NCBI GenBank assembly: GCA_965237415.1
Contig: CBDEFM010000001.1
Coordinates: forward strand, 512,001-576,000
Direction: 5' to 3'
Length of the DNA stretch: 64,000 nt
From: Alphaproteobacteria bacterium
GTDB lineage: Bacteria; Pseudomonadota; Alphaproteobacteria; UBA828
The translations under genes were made by a program, and so were the position numbers. Positions 23,154-32,094 of the stretch are shown piece after piece (the first letter of the stretch is position 1; each line of letters begins with the position of its first letter). Below the pieces are notes generated by a model. That model saw only the letters and a program-made list of their open reading frames with translations, was not told the origin of the DNA and made no database searches.

Positions 23154-24576
23154 ATGAGCGATCGTCGCGCCGGCGAGAAGGTCGAGGGGCCCCGGACGCC
23201 GCCGAGCAACCTTGAGGCCGAGCAGGCGCTTCTCGGGGCGCTTCCCGTCAACAACGAAGCCATCCATCTGGTCGCCACCTTCCTCGAGCCGGAACACTTC
23301 TTCCTGCCGGTGCATGGCCGCATCTACTCCGCCGTGATGCACATGGTCGGGCGCCGGGAAGTCGCGACCCCGGTGACGCTCAAGACCTACTTCGAGAACG
23401 ACGAGGCGCTGAAGGAGGCCAGCGGCGGACAGTATATCGCGCGGCTCGCCGGCTCGGCGGTGACGGTCATCAACGCCGAGCACTATGGCCGCACCATCCA
23501 CGATCTGCATGTGCGCCGGGGACTCATCGGCGTCGCCGAGGACATGCGTGCGGGACATCGCCTACGACGCGCCCCTCGATCAGCCGCCGGCCGAACAGGT
23601 CGAGCGCGCGGAGTCCAAGCTGCACGAGCTCCTCGAGGGCGCGCCAGGAACGCACTCGGAGCGCCGCACGATCGGCACCGCTGCGCGCGAGGCCACGGCC
23701 GGCATCGAGAGAGCCTTCCAGGCCGATGGCGCGCTCCTGGGGCTCCCTTTGGGCATCAAGGTCATCGAAAACCGCCTCGGCGGCCTCCAGGCGCCCGACA
23801 TGACCGTGGTCGGCGGGCGCCCGGGCATGGGCAAGACCGGCTTGGCGCTCGGGGTTGCCCTGGCAGCGGTCGAGGCCGGCCACCACATCCTCTACGCCAG
23901 CCCCGAAATGTCGGCCGAACAGCTCGGCAAGCGCGCGCTCTCGATCCTCACCGGCACCTCGCACTACCTCTTGCAGCAGGGCCAGATCGAGCAGCACGAC
24001 TTCCAGGCGGTCTACAAGGCGTCGCAGCGGCTCAAGGACATGCCGCTCCTCATCGACGATGCCGGGGGCCAGACGCCCGACTACATCGAGCGCAGCGCCC
24101 GCCGGCTGCACCGCCAGGGTCGCCTTGAGCTTCTGATCGTCGATCACCTGCAACTCATGCGCTCGCCGCGCGAGACAAGGGTGCAGGGGCGGGTCCACCA
24201 GATTACCGACTTCACGATGCGCATGAAGGCGCTCGCCAAGGAGCTCGACATCCCCGTGCTCCTGCTCTCGCAACTGAACCGAGCGGGCGAGCGCACCGAC
24301 AACAAGGTGCCGCAATTGGCGGACTTGCGGGACTCGGGCTCCATCGAACAGGACGCCGACACGATCCTGTTTCTCTTCCGAGAAGCGTACTATTTGGCGA
24401 AGGAAGAGCCAGCCGAAGATGACGTGGTAAAGCACAAAGAGTGGCAGGAAATGATGGCAAGGGCGCGGAATAAAGGCGACGTGTTTGTCGCGAAAAACCG
24501 CCACGGCCCGACCATGAAAATCACGCTCCGCTGGGTAGGTGAAACCATGAGCTATCGGGACTTATTGAGCGACTAG
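23154..24576 (+). pseudogene. dnaB: Phage-type DnaB replicative helicase, frameshifted
   Basis: PPSNLEAEQALLG N-terminus; GGRPGMGKT, LSQLNR, LRDSGSIEQDAD in a second frame; TGCG duplication at 23545-23552. Confidence 0.9.
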
Positions 24577-24838
24577 GAGACAGGGCCATGAGCATTCGTG
24601 TGATGACACAGGTTTGGGACTACGGACAGTACAACGGAAGCAAGCTGCTTCTACTGCTCGCGCTCGCCGACTTCGCCCACGATGACGGTGGCAACGTCTA
24701 CCCGAGCGTGGACACCCTGGCGCAGAAGACCCGCTGCGATCGACGCACCGTGCAACGGAACCTCCGGCAGCTCGAAGGCGAGGGCGCGATCCTGCTGGTC
24801 AGGCCGGCGACGCGGCATGGCCCAGCCGAGTATCAGAT

Positions 24839-24970
24839 AGGGGCGGCATTTTGCCGCCCCTCAGAGGGTCAGGGGCGGCATCCTGTCCCTTTAGGGGCGG
24901 CATCTGATCCGAATCAGGGGCGGCGTGACGCCGCCCAACCCGCTAGTAAAGAACCACCAAAAGAATCCAT
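24839..24970 (+). repeat. Iteron-like repeats (AGGGGCGGC x4) inside the initiator gene; putative phage origin
   Basis: Copies at 24839, 24871, 24893, 24916, followed by an A-rich tract. Confidence 0.7.
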
Positions 24971-25100
24971 CAACGCGCGCGAGCGCGCGCGCGCGAGAGA
25001 GCGGGTGGTAGAGGAAGAATTCGAAAATTGGTATCAGCACTACCCCAGGAAGGTTTCGCGCGGCGCGGCCGAAGACCCGTTCGGCAAGGCGCGGGTGGAC

Positions 25101-25188
25101 GGCGGCGTGAGCCTTGAGATTCTGATCGAGGCGACGAAGCACTAGGCGGCGTGAGCCTTGAGATTCTGATCGAGGCGACGAAGCACTA
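25101..25188 (+). repeat. Perfect 44-bp tandem duplication
   Basis: GGCGGCGTGAGCCTTGAGATTCTGATCGAGGCGACGAAGCACTA x2. Confidence 0.97.
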
Positions 25189-25511
25189 CGCGGCCCAGAT
25201 GGCGGGGAAGGACTCTCAATACATCAAGCATCCGGCGACGTGGCTGAACGGGAAGTGCTGGCTCGACGACCCGAGCCCGCTGTCTCAGACCGGGCTCACA
25301 TGCTGGCAAAAGCGCCACATCGACGAAAGCGCGAGGGGAGAGCGATATGGTGAGGAAGTCGATTTGGGCAACAATGGGGGGCAATGAGGCTCAAAGATGG
25401 TTATTACCAATTTGGTAAAATCCTCCCATCTAACTGTGTTGCCTTGCGCGTTCCAGGGTATTAGCGTCTCGTGATTCGTTCGGTGAGAGACACAGCGATT
25501 CGGGAGCACCC

Positions 25512-27053
25512 ATGACCCTCGGCGACAGTCGCGTCGGAATTGACTTCAACCCCAGCGGCTCCAAGACGATCGCGGACCTGAAGCGCCGCGCGGCGGACTT
25601 CATCGACGCGGTAGACGCGATCGAGCTCCTCGGCGAGGCTCCCGGCGAGATCGCCCGGCTGAAGGCCCTGGCGATGACCGAGATCGAGTCCGCCGCCATG
25701 TGGGCGGTCAAGGCCGCCGCGCGGTCAGGGGCCGCGTCACGGCTCCCCGGTGTGGCGGCGCGGATTGCGACCACGCTACGGTCATTCTGCGAGGCGGTGG
25801 GCTGGCCACGTCTGCGGCGCTTGTCGGACGCGATCGCGCGCGTCCGTGAGAGCGAGCGCCGGGCGGCGGCAGCGCCCAAGCCGGCGCCCGCACCCGGCCC
25901 GGCCCTCACCGCCGACCCGCAAGGCGAGATTCACCTCGCTGTCACATGGCAACGAGAAATCGACGACAGCGGCGGCAAATATCCGCCGGCCGAGAGCGGC
26001 GGCAAATATCCGCCGGCCGAGAGCGCCGGCGGCTGGCTCTACGGCACGAGCGACGACCCCCGCCTAGCGATCACGTTGGCGTGGACCGAGGCCAAGTTCG
26101 ACCGGAGCACGAGGGAGAATTACGAGACCCTCCACTTCGTCACCGCGATCGGCGAAGTTGAGGGCAAGACGCTCTTCGTGAGCGGCAGGTGCGTCGGCCG
26201 CGTGACCTACAGCAACATTCCTTGCGATGCACAACTCTATCACGAAGTCCACGGCGCGCTGAAGGAAGATCACGGAGGCGGCTTCTTCACCAGCCAGACG
26301 ACCCAGGTCATCGTCGCATTCAGACGCGGCGACGAGCACATGCAGCAGTCTCCCCAGGGCGACCTGTTCAGTGCCCCTCCCGAGCCGCTGGCCGAGCGGT
26401 ACGAGCTAGACGAGGCTTGGCAGACAACGGCCTTCTCCATCGCCTACGGCGGCGAGGCGGCGGCAGACAGGGTCGGCGAGGACACCGAGGCCGAACACGG
26501 CACGGCGCTCGCGTGGGACGAGGACAGCGTGATGACCTCGTGCCCGCGCGGGTGCTGCCTCGTGGAGGCCCCATTGATCACCCCGCTTCACCTCCTGCGC
26601 GGCATGCCACCCGCCATCAAAGGTCGCTCCGTCGACTTCCCGACCTTCCGGCGCCTCGTGAGCCAGTGGGCGCGGGAACAAGGCACCGTGCTCGGCTCAT
26701 GGATGCGCCGCGCCGTGCGGCCGAGCTTGCCGGCGGGTCGGTCTACTTCGTGGTCAAGGGTGAGACGCTGTTCCGAATGCCCTTCGACGGCCTGGAGCCG
26801 GTGCGAGACGGCTTCCCGGACGCGCCCGCCCGCTTCCTCGATCACACCGCCATCATCTGCGCGCCACGCGTCGTCATGGTCGAGGCATACAAGGTTCGCC
26901 GCCTGTGCGGTTGGCGCTACCTCGACGACGCGGACGCCCCGCCCGACCTCGACGCGCCCGACCTGGGGCCCGCGCTCGACGCCGCCCCGCCACCGCCTGC
27001 GATGGCCCGCGAACTCCGCGAGCTTGGCCTCGCCTGAGCGCCCCCCTGATTAG
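25512..27053 (+). CDS. Composite phage ORF; N-terminal ~70 aa resemble an Acb2/Tad1-like helical hairpin; probably several fused remnants
   Basis: RVGIDFNPSG...RLKALAMTEIESAAMWAVKAA; internal 27-bp repeat; 3' part runs into a DUF1489-like gene. Confidence 0.45.
   Translation: MTLGDSRVGIDFNPSGSKTIADLKRRAADFIDAVDAIELLGEAPGEIARLKALAMTEIESAAMWAVKAAARSGAASRLPGVAARIATTLRSFCEAVGWPRLRRLSDAIARVRESERRAAAAPKPAPAPGPALTADPQGEIHLAVTWQREIDDSGGKYPPAESGGKYPPAESAGGWLYGTSDDPRLAITLAWTEAKFDRSTRENYETLHFVTAIGEVEGKTLFVSGRCVGRVTYSNIPCDAQLYHEVHGALKEDHGGGFFTSQTTQVIVAFRRGDEHMQQSPQGDLFSAPPEPLAERYELDEAWQTTAFSIAYGGEAAADRVGEDTEAEHGTALAWDEDSVMTSCPRGCCLVEAPLITPLHLLRGMPPAIKGRSVDFPTFRRLVSQWAREQGTVLGSWMRRAVRPSLPAGRSTSWSRVRRCSECPSTAWSRCETASRTRPPASSITPPSSARHASSWSRHTRFAACAVGATSTTRTPRPTSTRPTWGPRSTPPRHRLRWPANSASLASPERPPD
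25968..26021 (+). repeat. 27-bp in-frame tandem duplication (SGGKYPPAE x2)
   Basis: AGCGGCGGCAAATATCCGCCGGCCGAG x2. Confidence 0.95.
26574..27037 (+). pseudogene. DUF1489-like gene with a frameshift near 26705
   Basis: GGAGG RBS plus TTG at 26574; PRRAAELAGGSVYFVV...GWRYLDDADAPPDL...ELRELGLA parallels the host gene at 12897-13328. Confidence 0.7.
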
Positions 27054-27818
27054 GTTCGCGCAACACCCACCGCCCGCCTCACCCGCCCCGCACAGCCCCC
27101 ACCAACCCCGCGCATAGCGGCGATGACCCTCCCCACCATCCACCCATCACCAACCGTCCAAAGCCACCTCAAACCGCAGCGTGTCGGCACCCCTGCATCT
27201 ACAGCCCACGATCCCCGCGGAAACACCGGCTATCCCGATGGTGACGCCAGCCTTGCCCGATCACGGACGGCCGGTGACGCCGAATGCAGCCTCACCGAAG
27301 CCGGGGCCGCATCGACAGACACAAGAACGCGGCATCGTCGCGCCACCGTCGCGTCATGCACCCGGCGCGCAGCGTGCAGCGCAGCATCAGAGCCGCGACT
27401 ACCACATCTAGCGGGTCCGCCTCCCCATAATCGCGAAAACGGTCTAAGCTATTGATCTACCGGAATTCTCAATTTACCAGAATGAACGTTATGCGAATCC
27501 GCAGCACCTCGACCCCGCGCTCGACGCATGGCACCTCGACGGGTGCGGAGCCAGCCAGCCGGGCTCATGGCGGCGCCTCGACGGTGAGCCTCGACGACCG
27601 CTGCCGCTCACCCTCAAGCCTGGGGTGCCACGGTGACGCCCCAGCGCAGGAAGCCCACGGCCAGCGCGGGGTTGAGCGCCGCAGCGCCCCCTTGGCCGGC
27701 CCATCCAGCGCGCGCTCGACCGGCCAGCCGCGCAGCAAGGGGGGGGGTGCCAGCCGCCGGCCGCCGGCCGCATTGTGTCGGGTCACCACACACTCCAGCG
27801 CCACTATCGCCCATTGGA

Positions 27819-27880
27819 TGGACAATAATGGGTGGACAAAATAGGATGGACATATATGGACAGGGGCGGAGGGGTGGACA
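27819..27880 (+). repeat. Five TGGACA direct repeats
   Basis: Copies at 27819, 27833, 27847, 27857, 27875. Confidence 0.8.
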
Positions 27881-28184
27881 AAAAAATGCAATGGGTGGCA
27901 CCACCGACGGGTTCGGCGGCTGACCGTGTTCTCGACAACCTGGGCCGGATACGGAAGGCGGATTGGGAGCGGGCGTGCCGTTGGTGTCCGGGGTGGGTCG
28001 TGGCCGGGACGAAGATGCTGGCCGACCAGGCGGCCGGGCAGCGATGAGCGGCTGTGGTGGTATCTGCCGGTTCTAGAGGCTCAGAATTGACCCGTTACCC
28101 GGATTTTAGACCGCCCGTTCTGAGAAAATTCTCGGTTAGGTTTTCGTTAATCGCCCGGTGGGGGCAGGTCAATCGTCGACGAGT

Positions 28185-29019
28185 TCAATCGGCTCTCTCT
28201 TCTCCATCGCGCGTAACGCAGTGGACGATCTCGGAAGTCACGCAGACGACCATGCCGCGCTCTGCGCCGCTCATGTCGAGGTAGGCGCGGACCTGGGCGC
28301 GGTAGTGCTCGAGGGTCTCGGGCGAAGGGTCCACGTCGCTCTTCCAGTCGATCACCACCTGTGGCACGCCGTCCGCATCGAAGGCTATGGCGTCGACAAA
28401 TCCTGCCGCCGCTTCCTCGTGCGTGTCAGTCATAGTCGACCCGTAGACCGGGAACTCCGGGGTAAGGCCCGGCCTGAGGTCGGCGATCTCGGGCAGCACC
28501 AGTGCGCGGACGACGCAGCCGGCGAGCTCGGCTGGCGCCAGTCCATTGGCGGGATCGTCTACCACAGGAAGGTCCAGGGCGCGGATCAGCCTTTCGGCGC
28601 GGGCGACGACTGCCGGCATCGCCTCTGCCGTCTCGCCGGTGAGAACCTCCTCGATCAGCTTGTGCAGGATGGTGCCGCGCTCGCGCCCGCCCTGAATCGT
28701 GGCAGCGGCAGCGCCGTCCGCCGGCGCGCCGTCGCCGTCGGTCGCGAGGATCGTCCGCGCTTCCTCCCGCAGCACCGGCTGGGCGGTGCCCTCGTCCCGG
28801 CTCGGCGCTCGCCAGACGATGCGCCGATGACGCGCCGCGATCGCGGCCGCCTCGGCGGCGAAGACCCCGCGCGTCTGTTCGTTCTCCGCCGCGGCATCAC
28901 CTGCGCCCACCTCGGGCGAATGATGCTCCAGGTCGAGAGCGGGCAGTGAGGGCAGCGCGAGATCGACGAGCGATATCCAGGCTGTCCCTCGGGGTTCAAC
29001 ATCGAGGCGCGGCAGAACC
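28185..29019 (-). pseudogene. C-terminal PD-(D/E)XK nuclease part of an AddA/UvrD-like helicase-nuclease, 5'-truncated
   Basis: RGTILHKLIE, GFVDAIA, VIDWKSD, Q.RAY; reading frame breaks at the IS21-like end at 29020. Confidence 0.75.
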
Positions 29020-29050
29020 TGTCAACGGCGGAGAGAAACAGTCGAATTCA
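29020..29050 (+). mobile_element. Isolated IS21-like terminal sequence
   Basis: TGTCAACGGCGGAG at the truncation point of the upstream gene. Confidence 0.45.
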
Positions 29051-29234
29051 GCGACCGGGACACGCGTAGCCCACTGGAGACAAACGTAGCCTAACCGACT
29101 GTAGTCATTCAGATATTCCTTGGATGTCTGGCCTCCTACCCCTTGCATCGGTGACAGACACAGGCCTAATATTGCCACCGATATGATGCCGCGTGTGTGC
29201 GGTTTGATGACGGGTTTTGGAACGAGGGCAGGCC

Positions 29235-30419
29235 ATGCCGAGGCGAAGCACGGTCAAACTGACCAGGCGCAGCATCGACCGGTTGACGGTCGCCGACAAG
29301 GATGCCGTCTTCTGGGACCGGGACCTCCCCGGCTTCGGAGTCCGGGTCCATGCTACAGGGCGCAAGGTCTATGTGGTCCAGTCCCGGGGCCCGGCCGGCC
29401 TGAAGCGAGTCACCCTCGGACCCTATGCCGCCATCTCGATCGAAGACAGGAGACGTCAGGCGGCAGAGGTCATCGACCGCATCAAGCGCGGCGACGATCC
29501 GCTGCCGCCGGAGCCTGCGCCCGAGCCCACGGTCGCCGATCTGGCGGCCCGCTGTCTGTCCGTCCATTTCGGTGTCAGGTGCAGGCCGGTAACGGCCAAG
29601 GCCTACAAGATGGCCCTCGACCTTCATGTTCTTCCTGTCTTCGGGGCAATGCCGCTGAAGGAGGTCGGTCCCGAGGAGGTCGCCGCGCTCCACCACCGGA
29701 TGCGCGACAAGCCATCGATGGCCAACCGGGCGGTGTGGGTGTTGTCCAGGCTGTTCGTCCTGGCCGAGACCTGGGAGATGGTGCCGCCCGGCCAAAACCC
29801 TTGCCGGCATGTCCGCAACTATCGCGAGAAATCCCGCGAGCGATTCCTGACGCCCGAGGAGTTCCGGCGCCTCAGGACGGCATTTCGGAAGTTCGAGGCC
29901 GCGGGTTCGATGCAGCCATCGGCGATCGCGGCGTTGCGCCTGCTGATGCTCACCGGCTGCCGGGCAGGCGAGATCCTGTCGCTGCAATGGGACGACATCG
30001 ACCGCACGGCGGGCGTGTTGCGGCTGCGAGACAGCAAGACCGGCCCGCGCATGGTGCCGCTGACCGGTCCGGCGCTGGCGGTGCTCGACGGCATCGAGCG
30101 GATCGAGGGCATTCCCTGGGTCATCCGCAGCAACAAGCCCGATGCCCACCTGACCAACCTCTTCTCGCACTGGCAGCGGATACGGGAGGAGGCCGGTCTC
30201 CACGATGTCCGCATCCATGACTTGAGGCACAGCTACGCCTCCCGGGCGCTGGCGCTCGGTGAGAGCCTGCCCGTGATCGGTCGGCTGCTGGGCCACAACA
30301 AGGTCGAAACCACCGCAAAATATGCCCACCTGATGCGCGATGCGGAAAAGGCCGCAGCCGCCCGCACCGGCGACAGCATCGGCGCCCACATCATGCCCCA
30401 GGACGCCGAGGCGGCGTAG
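29235..30419 (+). CDS. Tyrosine recombinase/integrase with N-terminal arm-binding domain (Int1)
   Basis: WDRDLPGFGVRV arm domain; catalytic R (GCR), K, HDLRH, LGH, Y all present. Confidence 0.95.
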   Translation: MPRRSTVKLTRRSIDRLTVADKDAVFWDRDLPGFGVRVHATGRKVYVVQSRGPAGLKRVTLGPYAAISIEDRRRQAAEVIDRIKRGDDPLPPEPAPEPTVADLAARCLSVHFGVRCRPVTAKAYKMALDLHVLPVFGAMPLKEVGPEEVAALHHRMRDKPSMANRAVWVLSRLFVLAETWEMVPPGQNPCRHVRNYREKSRERFLTPEEFRRLRTAFRKFEAAGSMQPSAIAALRLLMLTGCRAGEILSLQWDDIDRTAGVLRLRDSKTGPRMVPLTGPALAVLDGIERIEGIPWVIRSNKPDAHLTNLFSHWQRIREEAGLHDVRIHDLRHSYASRALALGESLPVIGRLLGHNKVETTAKYAHLMRDAEKAAAARTGDSIGAHIMPQDAEAA

Positions 30420-30431
30420 GGACACTCAGCG

Positions 30432-31601
30432 ATGGCACTGCAACAGAAGATTCTTTCGAACCGCACCGTGGCGGTGCTTGAGGTGGCGCGCGACACGGTG
30501 TTCTGGGACCGGGAGCTCACCGGCTTCGGCGTCCGCGTCTATCCGACCGGCGGCAAGGTCTATATCGCCCAGGCTCGGGGGCCGGACGGGCCGAAGCGGG
30601 TCACCGTCGGGCGCCATGGCGTGATCGGCGCCGAACAGGCGCGCCGGCGAGCGGCGCTGATTATCGCGCGGATCAAGGCGGGCGAGGAGGCGGTCCCCCT
30701 GCCGCTTTCCGCCTTGGCGGCCGGCGGCCCGACCGTGGCCGACCTCGCCGCGCGCTATCTCGAAGAGCATGTCGCCGTGCGCGTGAAGCCCAAGACGGCC
30801 GCGAATGCCCGCATCGCGGTTCACAACCATATCCTGCCCGCTCTCGGCCGGCTGCCGCTCGCAGCGGTGGAGCGCGCCCAGGTCATCTACCTGCAACAGA
30901 AGATGTCCGGCAACCCGTCGGCGGCGAACACGGCCGTCAAGACCCTGTCGCACATGTACGGCCTGGGCGTGGGCTGGCGCATGGTGCCGGAAGGCTGCAA
31001 TCCGTGCCGGTCGGTCGCGAAATATCCCGAACGCAAGCGCGAACGCTTCCTGACCGACGCCGAGTTCACCCGCCTGGGGCGGGTGCTGGAGGACGCCGTC
31101 ACCCAGGGCAACGCATCGCCGACGACCGTAGCGGCGATCCGTCTCTTGATGCTGACCGGATGCCGGAAGAACGAAATCCTGACCCTGCGCTGGAAGGATG
31201 TCGACCTCGATGCCGGTGAGCTCAACCTGGCGGACGCCAAGACTGGCCCCCGCGCGGTCCAGTTGCCCCCGACCGCGGTCCGCATTCTCCAAACCCTGCC
31301 GCGCCGGATCCACAGTCCCTGGGTGTTTCCGGGCCGCGACCCGAAAGCACGTCTGAGCACTGTCAATCATCTCTGGCTCGCCGTCCGGGCGCGGGCCGGA
31401 CTGGAGGATGTCCGGCTGCACGATCTCCGCCATAGCTTCGCTTCCCGGGCGTTGGCGCTCGGCGAGACCCTGCCGGTCATCGGCAAGCTGCTCGGCCACA
31501 GCGACATCGAGACGACGGCCCGCTACGCCCATCTGGCGCGCGATTCCCTCCACGAAGCGGCGGACCGGATCGCCGACAGCATTGCAGCGGATGTCTTGTA
31601 G
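30432..31601 (+). CDS. Tyrosine recombinase/integrase with N-terminal arm-binding domain (Int2)
   Basis: Paralogue of Int1, 12 bp downstream; GCRKNE, HDLRH, LGH, TARY intact. Confidence 0.95.
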   Translation: MALQQKILSNRTVAVLEVARDTVFWDRELTGFGVRVYPTGGKVYIAQARGPDGPKRVTVGRHGVIGAEQARRRAALIIARIKAGEEAVPLPLSALAAGGPTVADLAARYLEEHVAVRVKPKTAANARIAVHNHILPALGRLPLAAVERAQVIYLQQKMSGNPSAANTAVKTLSHMYGLGVGWRMVPEGCNPCRSVAKYPERKRERFLTDAEFTRLGRVLEDAVTQGNASPTTVAAIRLLMLTGCRKNEILTLRWKDVDLDAGELNLADAKTGPRAVQLPPTAVRILQTLPRRIHSPWVFPGRDPKARLSTVNHLWLAVRARAGLEDVRLHDLRHSFASRALALGETLPVIGKLLGHSDIETTARYAHLARDSLHEAADRIADSIAADVL

Positions 31602-31648
31602 GCGCATCGATTCCGGTGGCACGACAGTGCAGATTGCTCGTAAGCCAT

Positions 31649-31867
31649 GGTCTGTCGACGCCTCATATCCACGACCTCGGGCACAGCTTCGCGTCACGAG
31701 CACTGGCTCTAGGCGAAAGTCTCACGATGATCGGGAAGCTATTGGGGCATACCCAAGTCCAGACCACCGCTCTCTACGCCCACCTTGCCCGGGATTCCAT
31801 TCAGACGGCGGCCGCGCGGATCACGGGGAGTATTTGGCGGGAACCTCCTGGTGAACCAGGGCGATGA
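31649..31867 (+). pseudogene. Integrase 3' fragment R1
   Basis: IHDLGHSFASRALALGESLTMIGKLLGHTQVQTTALYAHLARDS. Confidence 0.9.
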
Positions 31868-32094
31868 CCCAACGCCGCCTTTGAGGCCCCCTCCACGCGC
31901 GCTTGACCAATCCGCCCTGACTCTGTGTAACCCTTCGCTCAGGCAGTGATGTATCGCTAGATCAGGAGGACTGACATCGGCTGGATGCGCCTCAAATTGC
32001 CAGCCCCTGCGCGTCGGATCGGCTAATACATGAAGCTACTGTCTGACTTAAGACGGCGAATCAGCTTGAGCGCTACCTACACTTCGGAGCAGCG

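Larger units (their letters stand above)
24588..25387 (+). pseudogene. Phage replication initiator (N-terminal HTH), broken by a 44-bp tandem duplication
   Basis: KLLLLALAD...YPSVDTLA..T....RTVQR HTH; FE.WY..YPRK and KHPATWLNG C-terminal motifs; duplication 25101-25144/25145-25188 creates a TAG. Confidence 0.82.

Noticed and set aside
27123-28150. Short ORFs and a possible phage packaging region
   Set aside because: No recognisable protein motif or terminase; a G-run alone is insufficient evidence.
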